A stretch of DNA of 32,000 bases, taken from Candidatus Saccharimonadota bacterium (GTDB taxonomy: Bacteria; Patescibacteriota; Saccharimonadia; Saccharimonadales; UBA4665). Position 1 is the stretch's first letter. Each line of letters opens with the position of its first letter. Of this stretch, positions 16,057 to 23,683 are shown piece by piece. The DNA lies in NCBI GenBank assembly GCA_003516025.1, contig CP023991.1:661374-693373 (forward strand). Reading direction: 5' to 3'. Under the pieces are notes generated by a model that was not told the origin of the DNA, made no database searches, and saw nothing but the letters and a program-made list of their open reading frames with translations. Position numbers and translations under genes: made by a program.

Positions 16057-16801
16057 GCGATTCTCCCATAACGCTGACATATGTGTCTTGCGTAATGATT
16101 AAATGGTCAAGTAATTCAATACCGAGAAGGGCGCCGCCGCGAATTAACTGGCTTGTCACCTGCAGGTCTGCCTCGGTTGGCTCCAGTGAACCCGAGGGGT
16201 GATTATGGGCGACAATAACGGCTACCGCGCCATATTCTATGGCCGGCTGGAACACTTCACGGGGGTGAACGATATTCGCGGTCATACTGCCGACAGAAAC
16301 AATTTCCTCTCGCACTACACGGTACCGGCTGTTGAGATACAGAGCGCGCATCTGTTCCTTCTGCAAATCTGCCATGCTCTTTACATGTTCGTAGGCCTGG
16401 CGGGCGGTTCGTACGACGACAGGCTTACCGGCACGGTTTTCATAAAATCGCCGACCAATTTCAAAACTGGCTATCAGCTGACAGGCTTTTGCCAGCGGCA
16501 AATCCAAAACCTCGCTCAAACGCAGGGCGTCCGTCTCTTCCATGATGGTCCGCTCGCCGTATTCTTTCAAAATGCGGTGCGCCATAGCCAGTACGTCTTC
16601 GCGTTTCGTACCAACACCAAGTAGTACCGCCACCAGTTCCGCCATGCTCAGGTCTTTCGGACCGTGCTGGACCAGTTTTTCGCGTGGTTTCTGGCTGTCT
16701 TCCATGTCGCGCACACGCAGTACATACTGCGAGCTGTCGTGAGATAATAGCACGTCAGTGTCACGCATGGCGTACTTACGGGGAGGTTGCATAGTTTTCA
16801 T
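16049..16801 (-). CDS. radC: RadC-family JAB-domain protein (UPF0758)
   Basis: The JAMM-like motif VIVAHNHPSGSLEPTEADLQVT and an N-terminal HhH-like segment LSMAELVAVLLGVGTKREDVLAMAHRILKEYG. The start is set at ATG 16801 (MKTMQPP) because the longer ORF (to 16966) overlaps the upstream gene. Confidence 0.85.
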   Translation of the reverse strand: MKTMQPPRKYAMRDTDVLLSHDSSQYVLRVRDMEDSQKPREKLVQHGPKDLSMAELVAVLLGVGTKREDVLAMAHRILKEYGERTIMEETDALRLSEVLDLPLAKACQLIASFEIGRRFYENRAGKPVVVRTARQAYEHVKSMADLQKEQMRALYLNSRYRVVREEIVSVGSMTANIVHPREVFQPAIEYGAVAVIVAHNHPSGSLEPTEADLQVTSQLIRGGALLGIELLDHLIITQDTYVSVMGESHD

Positions 16802-16901
16802 ATGTTCACTATAACAAATTTCCGCCACAGAAACAGAAGAGACGGCAGGTACTGCCGTCGCGTTCATAAGTTTGTAACATTTGCCGGTGGCCTGAGGTGT
16901 T

Positions 16902-17213
16902 CTAGGCGACAGCATGGAAGCCCTCGCGAACCCCAACCAGCGTCCAGGTGTGTTCGCTGGTATCAAATTTCAGGCGAAAATCACGTGTTCCATCAGTCAT
17001 ATCAAAGATCTCAATGAGCTGCTGACCTTTATTAAGAATATAGCGTAGCCCGGATTCCAGAAAAGTGTATTCACGTCCTTCGTACTCCATGCGCTTTGGA
17101 TAACCTTTAATGTTACGGTCATCGGTCCGGGTAGGGCGGAAGTACATGCCGGTTACGGCGACTTCCTGGTTAATGAGTTTTCGGGACGTGTTGGAAGTGT
17201 TAGATAAAACCAT
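16902..17213 (-). CDS. Hypothetical 103-aa protein, first gene of the radC operon
   Basis: A good RBS (AGGAG 8 nt upstream of ATG 17213). The sequence looks beta-rich (EYEGREYTFLESGLRYILNKGQQLIEIFDMTDGTRDFRLKFD). No family was recognised. Confidence 0.6.
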   Translation of the reverse strand: MVLSNTSNTSRKLINQEVAVTGMYFRPTRTDDRNIKGYPKRMEYEGREYTFLESGLRYILNKGQQLIEIFDMTDGTRDFRLKFDTSEHTWTLVGVREGFHAVA

Positions 17214-17474
17214 AATTCAAGCTCCTAAAAAGATAATAAATAGTGAAGAGAAGACGGAAAAGGTCACACAATGTACAGAGTAAAGGTGTAGTTCGTCCGT
17301 AAGCGAACCCGCCGTGTAAACCCAGATTGTATGTGCTTGAAAAAGGTATCGCAGTGACGCTTAACGTACCGTTGCCGGTAAGCCAGTGAGTATGCACCTT
17401 GTGAATGTGTATAAGCCTGCGGGTCGAAGGTCGGACTGTTTAAAAGCTTCTCAGCACCTGCATTGCTACCTTCT

Positions 17475-17502
17475 AGTATAGGCCGGTTTAAAAATGCTTC
17501 AA
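17475..17502 (-). promoter_or_regulatory. Candidate sigma70-type promoter TTGAAG-N16-TATACT
   Basis: Read on the minus strand (-35 at 17502-17497, -10 at 17480-17475). It would give a roughly 250-nt leader before ATG 17213. Confidence 0.3.
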
Positions 17503-17576
17503 TAGCTTCACAGTTATAAACCATCAGAGGGGCAGCTACGATTAACAGATACGTTTCGTTGTATATAAAACTATAT

Positions 17577-17600
17577 AAAAGAGCCCCTCATGCGGGGCTC
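17577..17600 (-). terminator. Intrinsic terminator of the 42-aa sORF
   Basis: GAGCCCC (17581-17587) pairs with GGGGCTC (17594-17600) around a 6-nt loop. On the minus strand it is followed by TTTT (17580-17577) and more T-rich sequence. Confidence 0.6.
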
Positions 17601-17624
17601 TTATCTGCGGCGGTTCATAGTGCG

Positions 17625-17753
17625 CTACGCCTGGTCGGTAACTTCATCGCTATGCTTACTGCGCATTTCTTTGAGTTTCGCGATAGCTTTGTCGTCAACG
17701 TCAGTATTGTCGGCCTGCTGTTTGATTTGCTTGGCTTTATCCATTAAACCCAT
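17625..17753 (-). CDS. 42-aa hydrophilic small protein
   Basis: Hand translation gives MGLMDKAKQIKQQADNTDVDDKAIAKLKEMRSKHSDEVTDQA. GGAGG (17766-17762) lies 8 nt upstream of ATG 17753, and a terminator hairpin lies about 25 nt after the stop. It is below the ORF-track cut-off. Confidence 0.5.
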   Translation of the reverse strand: MGLMDKAKQIKQQADNTDVDDKAIAKLKEMRSKHSDEVTDQA

Positions 17754-17865
17754 ATGCATGTCCTCCGTTACTTTATAACTGTCCTATCGTACCAAGCCAG
17801 CGAAAGGCCGTAAGTTAAATATGGTACATGCCGGTGGCAGCAACGGGGATATACTCCGGGTTAGT

Positions 17866-18402
17866 ATGAAGATTGGCGTGATATCAGACACTCACAATAA
17901 AACCCAAGCGGTCGGCCAGGCGTTTTCGTTGTTCAAACAACATGGCGTAGCCCATGTACTGCACTGCGGAGACTGGACTAAACCAGCCGCTGTCCAGTAC
18001 CTCGCGGAGACGGCCCAGGCCTTCGGCATACCGGTCACGGGTGTCCTCGGCAATAATGACCTGGAGGTGGGTGAATTCCTGCGTTACGCCTCAACCCGGC
18101 AGGAACTCGAGTTGCATCAAGGAGTTTTTAGGGGTACATTCGACGGTCGAAACGTCATAATGTACCACGGCCACCATAAACCGACCCTGCGGTCGGTACT
18201 GGCCGAGCCGTATGACGTGTTGCTGCTCGGGCACAGCCACAAGCCGCGGTATGACCGCCTGGACCAGAAAATCATTCTCAACCCCGGCTCGACTGCTTTT
18301 GCCATACCCCGCAGTAAAGCCTGGCAGGCGTCAGTGGCAATTTATGACAGCCAGGCGCATGAAGCGGAATTCATCTATTTCGCGCCAAACGTAACAGCGT
18401 AA
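17866..18402 (+). CDS. YfcE/MJ0936-type metallophosphoesterase
   Basis: MKIGVISDTHNK, HCGDW, GNND, YHGHH, GHSHKP and NPGS are present. The start is set at ATG 17866 rather than 17821. Confidence 0.85.
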   Translation: MKIGVISDTHNKTQAVGQAFSLFKQHGVAHVLHCGDWTKPAAVQYLAETAQAFGIPVTGVLGNNDLEVGEFLRYASTRQELELHQGVFRGTFDGRNVIMYHGHHKPTLRSVLAEPYDVLLLGHSHKPRYDRLDQKIILNPGSTAFAIPRSKAWQASVAIYDSQAHEAEFIYFAPNVTA

Positions 18403-18456
18403 CCAGCCATGTAATACCAGTACTGGCGAACCGGGATCACAGTATTGCAGTACTAG

Positions 18457-19125
18457 CTAAAACAGATGCTTAAGGCGCTCGCCGGCGCTCGCTTCGTGCC
18501 CCCCGGCGCAGGCAGCCGGGTCAGGCTTTTGGTTGTACTCGCCGGCGGTGTCGGGAACGGTTTTAAACTGCCGGTCCAGTACCGATTGGTCTTCGCTGCC
18601 GTAACTTATCAGCATCCGATCCTTATCGCTGATGACCTGGTTGGCAATTGAGGTCAAACCGGTCAAATTTTCACCGTTCAGCACAATATTCAGCTGCTTG
18701 TCGCCGTCCGGCACATACAATATGTCGAGGCTGCGTATAAAGTCCGGACCTATGGACCAGCCCAGGTTATTAAAGAAGTCACCCCATGTGACAGCGTCAT
18801 CATGGATATGAATAACACCGTTTTCCTCATCATGCATGTGCGTGCGGGCCTGCGGCGTGGTGCCATGCAGGCTGCATACTTTAACCTCCTCATAGTACTG
18901 GGGATTTTCAAATTCTTCTCGCTGTCCGTTAATGTAAACCGCGAAGTTGGCATGATAGTGGGTTTCGTGCGGGTTGTACGTTATAAAGCGGATGCCGAGC
19001 AGCAGTACCGCAGCCGCCAGGACGCCGTAAGCCAAAAAAGCCCATTTTGTAGTCACTATGGACCGTATATGATCAGATTGGTCGCATTCTTCAGACATAA
19101 AAACCCTCATTAGTGTTAACCCCAT
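18457..19125 (-). CDS. Membrane-anchored extracytoplasmic His-rich protein (possible metal-binding), unknown family
   Basis: One N-terminal TM helix (WAFLAYGVLAAAVLLLGI), then HETHYHANFAVYINGQ...HMHDEENGVIHIHDDAVTWGDFF...NIVLNG...MLISYG. An alternative start is ATG 19098 (AGGG 5 nt upstream). Confidence 0.65.
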   Translation of the reverse strand: MGLTLMRVFMSEECDQSDHIRSIVTTKWAFLAYGVLAAAVLLLGIRFITYNPHETHYHANFAVYINGQREEFENPQYYEEVKVCSLHGTTPQARTHMHDEENGVIHIHDDAVTWGDFFNNLGWSIGPDFIRSLDILYVPDGDKQLNIVLNGENLTGLTSIANQVISDKDRMLISYGSEDQSVLDRQFKTVPDTAGEYNQKPDPAACAGGHEASAGERLKHLF

Positions 19126-19189
19126 AATAGCAATAAAGGGACCGTTACTCTATACGAGCCAGCCCCTTTATTACACTGCGAGTTATATA

Positions 19190-19462
19190 CTAATAGCCAT
19201 AGGACATGCCGGTCGAACCAGCTTCCGGCCAGAGCGATTGCATCATCTTCTGTCCCTTGGCGCTCAATCGGATCCAGGCACCGCGGCCAGCGCTCCGGCT
19301 CATAACAACCAGGCCTTTATGCTGCAGGGAAGTGACAATGTGCCGCAGGCGGGAACCATCGAGGTTGAGTGTTTCGGCCAGCTCCATAAGGTCTTCTTCG
19401 CCGTTTTCACCGACTTCCTGTAGTACCAGGCTATAATCTTCAGGTAATTCAATGTGTTGCAT
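19190..19462 (-). CDS. Small winged-helix (MarR-like) DNA-binding protein
   Basis: 90 aa with an AGGAG RBS 7 nt upstream. The segment LMELAETLNLDGSRLRHIVTSLQHKGLVVMSRSAGRGAWIRLSAKG is a typical wHTH layout. Confidence 0.6.
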   Translation of the reverse strand: MQHIELPEDYSLVLQEVGENGEEDLMELAETLNLDGSRLRHIVTSLQHKGLVVMSRSAGRGAWIRLSAKGQKMMQSLWPEAGSTGMSYGY

Positions 19463-19504
19463 AGGCGTTCTCCTTTATTAGTTAACGCTTTCAGCATACG
19501 TAAG

Positions 19505-19532
19505 CAAACTTAGAAGCGGCTTGGAGAAGCCG
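19505..19532 (-). terminator. Possible terminator after the LCP gene
   Basis: CGGCTT (19517-19522) pairs with AAGCCG (19527-19532) around a 4-nt loop. On the minus strand it is followed by CTTCTAAGTTTG. Confidence 0.35.
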
Positions 19533-19539
19533 TAAAACC

Positions 19540-20778
19540 CTACTGGTTACTGTTATTAGCCGGGGCAGGCGGCGTCATGAGCTCCTGCAGGTAGGCCTGA
19601 ATATCACTGAAGTCATCGATGCCGGCGGCCGGGATAAGCGTAGACTGTCCGCGGCTGTTAGTGTAGCTCTTCAGCAAGTTTTTTCCGTTGACATCATTAA
19701 GTCCGACTGACGTGATACTGTTTGAGGGGATCTTCTTACTCAGCTCAAACAGGCGGCGTACTTCGCTGGTTTTAAAATCCGTCTTAACGTTGTTACCGAA
19801 GCTGTCGAGCAAGCTGGCGACCTTAATCGGGTTCAAGGCCACGCCGGCACTGGCTGCTTTCTCCTTAAGAGCTACCAGCATGAGCCGCTGGTTGGCCGTC
19901 CGGGTATAGTCCGACTGAGCGTAGCCGTAGGAGCCGTAGGCGTCACCGCGGGCCCGGGCCAGGTTAAGGGCGGTCTGGCCATCCAGATGATGTTTGCCAT
20001 TGGTCAGATCGACCAAGGGAGCTTTGTACGATTTAGAATAGTCCCGGCTTGGGTCATACAAGCCGCGGGCATCCGAGCTGGCTATAGTGACGTCGATTCC
20101 GCCCACGGCGTCGACCGCCTCTTTAAAAGCTGTATAGTTAATTAACGCGTAATAATTGATATCGATGCCGAAGTTCTCGCTTACGACTTTTTCCAGCAAT
20201 CCCATGCCGCCTTCGGCGTAGCCGTTCTCGCTAAAACCGTCCTGTTCGCCATCCGGATAGGCTTCGTTGATCTTAGCATAGCCATTGTCGGGAATATCGA
20301 CGTACAGGTCGCGGGGAATGCTCAGCATAAAGGCCTTATTATTCTTCGTATCAATACTAATAAGCATGATGGAATCAGTAAGTTCGGCACCGTTATGGCC
20401 GGCGTCATCGGCGGAATTGCCGGCTACCAGTATATTAACGCGGCCGACGTCTTCGCCATTTAGTTTATCCTGCTGCAACAGGCCGAACAGGTTGCCGTTG
20501 AATGTCTTAGACGCGTTAATAAGCACCTTAACACCCAGGAAACCGCCAATCAGCAAACCGACGACCAAAAGGACCATAAGAACCTTCTTAAACCGTTTCT
20601 TCCAGGCCGGAGCGGCCTTAGTGTCGCCAGGAGACATATCTGCTCCCGCGCCAGCCGGGGTGTAGTAGGGCTGCGGCAGAGTTGTACCGATCGGCGGAAA
20701 AGCGGCGGCTTGTGTTTGCAGGGCTTCGGGAACACTGGTATCGATTTGACGGCTTTGAGCTGTGCGTTTTGAAAACAT
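19540..20778 (-). CDS. LytR-CpsA-Psr (LCP) family cell-wall glycopolymer transferase
   Basis: An N-terminal TM anchor, then NILVAGNSADD, LTDSIMLISID, SIPRDLYVDIP, KINEAY and VDAVGGIDV. Confidence 0.9.
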   Translation of the reverse strand: MFSKRTAQSRQIDTSVPEALQTQAAAFPPIGTTLPQPYYTPAGAGADMSPGDTKAAPAWKKRFKKVLMVLLVVGLLIGGFLGVKVLINASKTFNGNLFGLLQQDKLNGEDVGRVNILVAGNSADDAGHNGAELTDSIMLISIDTKNNKAFMLSIPRDLYVDIPDNGYAKINEAYPDGEQDGFSENGYAEGGMGLLEKVVSENFGIDINYYALINYTAFKEAVDAVGGIDVTIASSDARGLYDPSRDYSKSYKAPLVDLTNGKHHLDGQTALNLARARGDAYGSYGYAQSDYTRTANQRLMLVALKEKAASAGVALNPIKVASLLDSFGNNVKTDFKTSEVRRLFELSKKIPSNSITSVGLNDVNGKNLLKSYTNSRGQSTLIPAAGIDDFSDIQAYLQELMTPPAPANNSNQ

Positions 20779-20888
20779 ACTTCGCTCCCATTATGACATA
20801 TTGACAACACTGTACCAACCAAAACTGAAGACTGGCTTGCAAAATTTTTTATAGCTCATAGCGCCAAAACCCGGCACACTGGCGCCAT

Positions 20889-21893
20889 ATGGCACAGCAA
20901 TTCATCCACCGGCAGAAAATTGGCAAAGGCTACCGTTACATACTGAACGACGAAGCCGTCACCGACAAAGATATACTAAGCTACTGCAAATTCTTAGGGA
21001 TCCCTCCCGCCTGGCAAGACGTACAGATCGCCAGAAACCGGCGCGCCAAGATACTGGCCACGGGCGTTGATGGCGCCGGACGGGTCCAGTACATTTATAA
21101 TCCGGCGTTCCGGGCCAAACAGGAGCAGGCTAAATTTGAACGCGTGCTGCGTTTCGCGCGGGCCCTGCCGCATATGCGCCGGGTGGTCGATAGAGACCTC
21201 AGGCGGCGTAAGCTGGACTACCCAAAGGTAATGGCGACTATTATCTCCATCATGGATCAGACATATATCCGGGTCGGTAACGATACCTACGCCAAGGAGC
21301 ATAACAGTTACGGACTCACTACGCTGCGCTCCAGGCACACCACCGTGTGTGGCAACACAATTGTGTTTGATTTTATTGGTAAGAGCGGCAAGCACCATGT
21401 CAAAAGGATAGAGGACCGGACTTTAGCCCGAATAGTCCGGCAGCTGGACAACCTGCCCGGCTATGAAGTGTTCAAATACTACGACGACAACGGCGGCCTC
21501 AAAGATGTTAAAAGTAGCGATGTAAATAACTACATCAAAAGTGTCATGGGCGAAGAATTCAGCGCCAAGGACTTCCGGACGTGGGCCGGCACGCTGATCG
21601 CCAGCTCGGAACTGGCCGCTTCTTCGAGAGACGAGGAGCGAGCGGAGTCCGAACGGGAGCGCAAAAAAGCCGTCACGGTATGCGTGCGTAAAGTTGCCAA
21701 AAAGCTCGGCAACACGCCGGCTATCGCACGCAGCAGCTACATAGACCCCCGCATTATTAAAACCTTTATGGACGGGGACGATTTGCGCAAAGTCTGGGGT
21801 ACTGTCAAAAACATGAAACAGCAGAAAGGCAGCGAATATCTGAGTCCTGACGAGCGCTGCGTATTATCTGTGCTCGAAACGACCGTCAGTTAA
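20889..21893 (+). CDS. Bacterial type IB DNA topoisomerase
   Basis: GKGYRY, IPPAWQDVQI, ATGVDGAGRVQYIY, KDFRTWAGT, and LGNTPAIARSSYIDPRI, which contains the active-site Tyr context. Confidence 0.85.
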   Translation: MAQQFIHRQKIGKGYRYILNDEAVTDKDILSYCKFLGIPPAWQDVQIARNRRAKILATGVDGAGRVQYIYNPAFRAKQEQAKFERVLRFARALPHMRRVVDRDLRRRKLDYPKVMATIISIMDQTYIRVGNDTYAKEHNSYGLTTLRSRHTTVCGNTIVFDFIGKSGKHHVKRIEDRTLARIVRQLDNLPGYEVFKYYDDNGGLKDVKSSDVNNYIKSVMGEEFSAKDFRTWAGTLIASSELAASSRDEERAESERERKKAVTVCVRKVAKKLGNTPAIARSSYIDPRIIKTFMDGDDLRKVWGTVKNMKQQKGSEYLSPDERCVLSVLETTVS

Positions 21894-22425
21894 GGTCGAA
21901 CGTCCGGTAAACCCCTTGTTGCGTACCGACTCTGAACACCTCGGATATTGTCCGGTTCTCAACTACAGCGCCGATACAGAGGGCAAGGGTGCCGTGGGTG
22001 ACAATAAGTACCGATTCATAAGGCTGCCGCCGCAGCCAGCTGATAAAATCTGCAACCCGCGCATAGGTATCCTCCAATGATTCACCGCCGTTAAAACGAG
22101 CATTCCATTTATCCGGCGCGCGCTCAAGGGCTACCAGCCAGTCAGTCACGGGTTGGTTCTCGAACCCGGTTTCGTTTTCATTAAGCCGTTTATCAGCCGC
22201 AATGGGGAAGCCACGGTCGCCGACAATAATCTCGGCAGTTTGGAGGGTTCGCGGCAGCTCAGACACGAATACACGGTCTAGGATTCGCGAACTTAACTGG
22301 TCGCGCAGCCCACTAGCTTGCTGTATGCCGAGGTCGGTGAGGTGCACGTCAACTGCCGGATCCGCATTGCAGATACCCGCCACGTTATAGTTTGTCTCAC
22401 AATGGCGCACGACATATAACTTCAT
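21886..22425 (-). CDS. Histidine phosphatase (phosphoglycerate-mutase-like) family protein
   Basis: KLYVVRHCETNYN (an RHGE-type motif with Cys in place of Gly) and LIVTHG. It overlaps the topoisomerase 3' end by 8 nt. Confidence 0.85.
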   Translation of the reverse strand: MKLYVVRHCETNYNVAGICNADPAVDVHLTDLGIQQASGLRDQLSSRILDRVFVSELPRTLQTAEIIVGDRGFPIAADKRLNENETGFENQPVTDWLVALERAPDKWNARFNGGESLEDTYARVADFISWLRRQPYESVLIVTHGTLALCIGAVVENRTISEVFRVGTQQGVYRTFDLN

Positions 22426-22519
22426 GGCTTCATCATACCATCGCGAGGCTGTTAATTAGTTTACTGATAGACTTTGGCGAGTTTCCCATACTAACCACTA
22501 CATAACCAAGGAGTTTCTC

Positions 22520-23059
22520 ATGGCAGACCTATCGGCGAAGCGAGTAGCGATTGTAGTTGATGATTATTTCGAGCAACCTGAATTTACCGGCCCGCGCGAC
22601 GCGCTGACTGAAGCCGGTATCGTAGTTGATGTGATTTCTACCGGCGGCGGCCAAATTCACGGCCTGAACCATGTCGAGGTGGGCGAGACGTTTGATAGCG
22701 ACATGACGCTGGATGAAGCACAGCCTGATACCTACGATGCCGTGATCTTCCCGGGTGGTGCCGTTAACGCTGACGCCCTGCGTGTTAATAAAAAAGCGCA
22801 GGCGTGGGTAAGACAGTTCCTGGAGGAAGGCAAACCGGTAGCAGCCATCTGCCACGCCCCATGGTTGCTGGCTTCAGCCGGGGTATTACAGGGTAAAACC
22901 CTCACCAGCTGGCCCACCATTCAGGACGACCTCACGAACGCCGGCGCGACATGGGTTGACGAAGAGGTTCACGTAGACGGCAACCTCATTACCAGCCGCC
23001 AACCGGACGACGTGCCGGCTTTTAGCAGGGAAATTATCAGCGCGCTCAGCGCGCAGTAA
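22520..23059 (+). CDS. DJ-1/PfpI family protein
   Basis: AAGGAG RBS. The nucleophile elbow AAICHAPWLL is present, and DAVIFPGG and NLITSRQPDDVPAF are typical of PfpI/YhbO. Confidence 0.9.
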   Translation: MADLSAKRVAIVVDDYFEQPEFTGPRDALTEAGIVVDVISTGGGQIHGLNHVEVGETFDSDMTLDEAQPDTYDAVIFPGGAVNADALRVNKKAQAWVRQFLEEGKPVAAICHAPWLLASAGVLQGKTLTSWPTIQDDLTNAGATWVDEEVHVDGNLITSRQPDDVPAFSREIISALSAQ

Positions 23060-23073
23060 ATAAGGAGTTTTAT

Positions 23074-23254
23074 TATGGCTAAATACGACAAAGCAGCCCA
23101 GGAAAAAATCGGTAAGGTTATGGAAGAATTCAAAGAAGGAAAACTAACACAGGGTCCCAAAGGCGGTAAAGTGACCGACCGGAAACAAGCGGTAGCCATT
23201 GGCATCAGCGAGGCACGCAAAGAAGGCGATAAAGTACCGAAGCAAAAGGGCTGA
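23074..23254 (+). pseudogene. Small KQAVAIGISEAR-motif ORF (DUF6496-like) interrupted by a 1-nt frameshift
   Basis: AAGGAG (23061-23066) lies 7 nt before ATG 23074. Frame 0 gives MAKYDKAAQ and then stops at 23113. The +1 frame from 23102 continues as EKIGKVMEEFKEGKLTQGPKGGKVTDRKQAVAIGISEARKEGDKVPKQKG. Removing one G of GGG (23100-23102) restores a 59-aa ORF. Confidence 0.45.
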
Positions 23255-23270
23255 TTAGCTTAATCAGCCC
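23241..23270 (-). terminator. 10-bp perfect palindrome with T-run (minus strand) spanning both convergent stop codons
   Basis: GGGCTGATTA (23248-23257) pairs with TAATCAGCCC (23261-23270) around a 3-nt loop. The minus strand continues TTTTG. TGA (23252-23254) and the minus-strand TAA (23260-23262) lie within the stem-loop. Confidence 0.5.
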
Positions 23271-23565
23271 AGCTGGCGATAAGTTTTTTCTTATCGCCAG
23301 CCTTAGTTATTTCAGCGTCAAGGTCTTCGGAAATTTTTTCCACCTCAGACTCAAACTCAGGGTAGACCTCATCCAGGTAGTCAAAACGGGCATCTTCGTC
23401 CTCGATCTTCTCAAACTTAGCCAGTTGCGGCTTCGTAAGCTTGGCAACCAGCTTATTACCAACCCGCAGCTCAAACTCACCAATAACGGCGTCAAGTGTC
23501 TTTGCGCTGCCTTTGCCGTCGAGGCCTTGTTTAGTTAGCCAGGCGTTATCAAAATCAACTGCCAT
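23260..23565 (-). CDS. Acidic 101-aa hypothetical protein (possibly DUF5663-like)
   Basis: GGGAG RBS. A helical, acidic sequence: LTKPQLAKFEKIEDEDARFDYLDEVYPEFESEVEKISEDLDAEI. The family name comes from memory only. Confidence 0.55.
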   Translation of the reverse strand: MAVDFDNAWLTKQGLDGKGSAKTLDAVIGEFELRVGNKLVAKLTKPQLAKFEKIEDEDARFDYLDEVYPEFESEVEKISEDLDAEITKAGDKKKLIASWAD

Positions 23566-23591
23566 GAGTCTTGTCTCCCTTAATGAGGTTC

Positions 23592-23619
23592 ATTATACGC
23601 ACCAGCTACGGAGAAGCCA
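23592..23619 (-). promoter_or_regulatory. Candidate promoter TGGCTT-N16-TATAAT for the 101-aa gene
   Basis: On the minus strand: -35 at 23619-23614 and a consensus -10 at 23597-23592. Confidence 0.35.
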
Positions 23620-23683
23620 CCTCTCATCTCCATTTTCCCCGGGTGTACTCTTAAGGTTTTTATAAATATGGGGAACCAATCCG

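Noticed and set aside
16802-16966. N-terminal 55-aa extension of the radC ORF
   Set aside because: It overlaps the 3' end of the well-signalled 103-aa gene (16902-17213). RadC proteins are typically about 220-250 aa, so ATG 16801 is preferred.
17400-17460. GGTGCTGAGAA...ACCC on the minus strand, reminiscent of a TPP riboswitch core
   Set aside because: The second half of the TPP motif (ACCTGATCTGGATAATGCCAGCG-like) is absent. I also checked by eye for SAM-I, RNase P, tmRNA and SRP motifs and found none.
17264-17524. 86-aa minus-strand ORF in the low-coding region
   Set aside because: It has no Shine-Dalgarno although most genes here have one. Its C-terminus is odd and basic (RRVRLRTNYTFTLYIV), and it contains the promoter-like element. 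It is kept only as an alternative explanation of the region.
23098-23112. Programmed frameshifting at the G GGA AAA AAT run in the small DUF6496-like ORF
   Set aside because: The A-rich heptamer would support -1 slippage, but the homologous continuation is in the +1 frame. A simple 1-nt indel is the more economical explanation.
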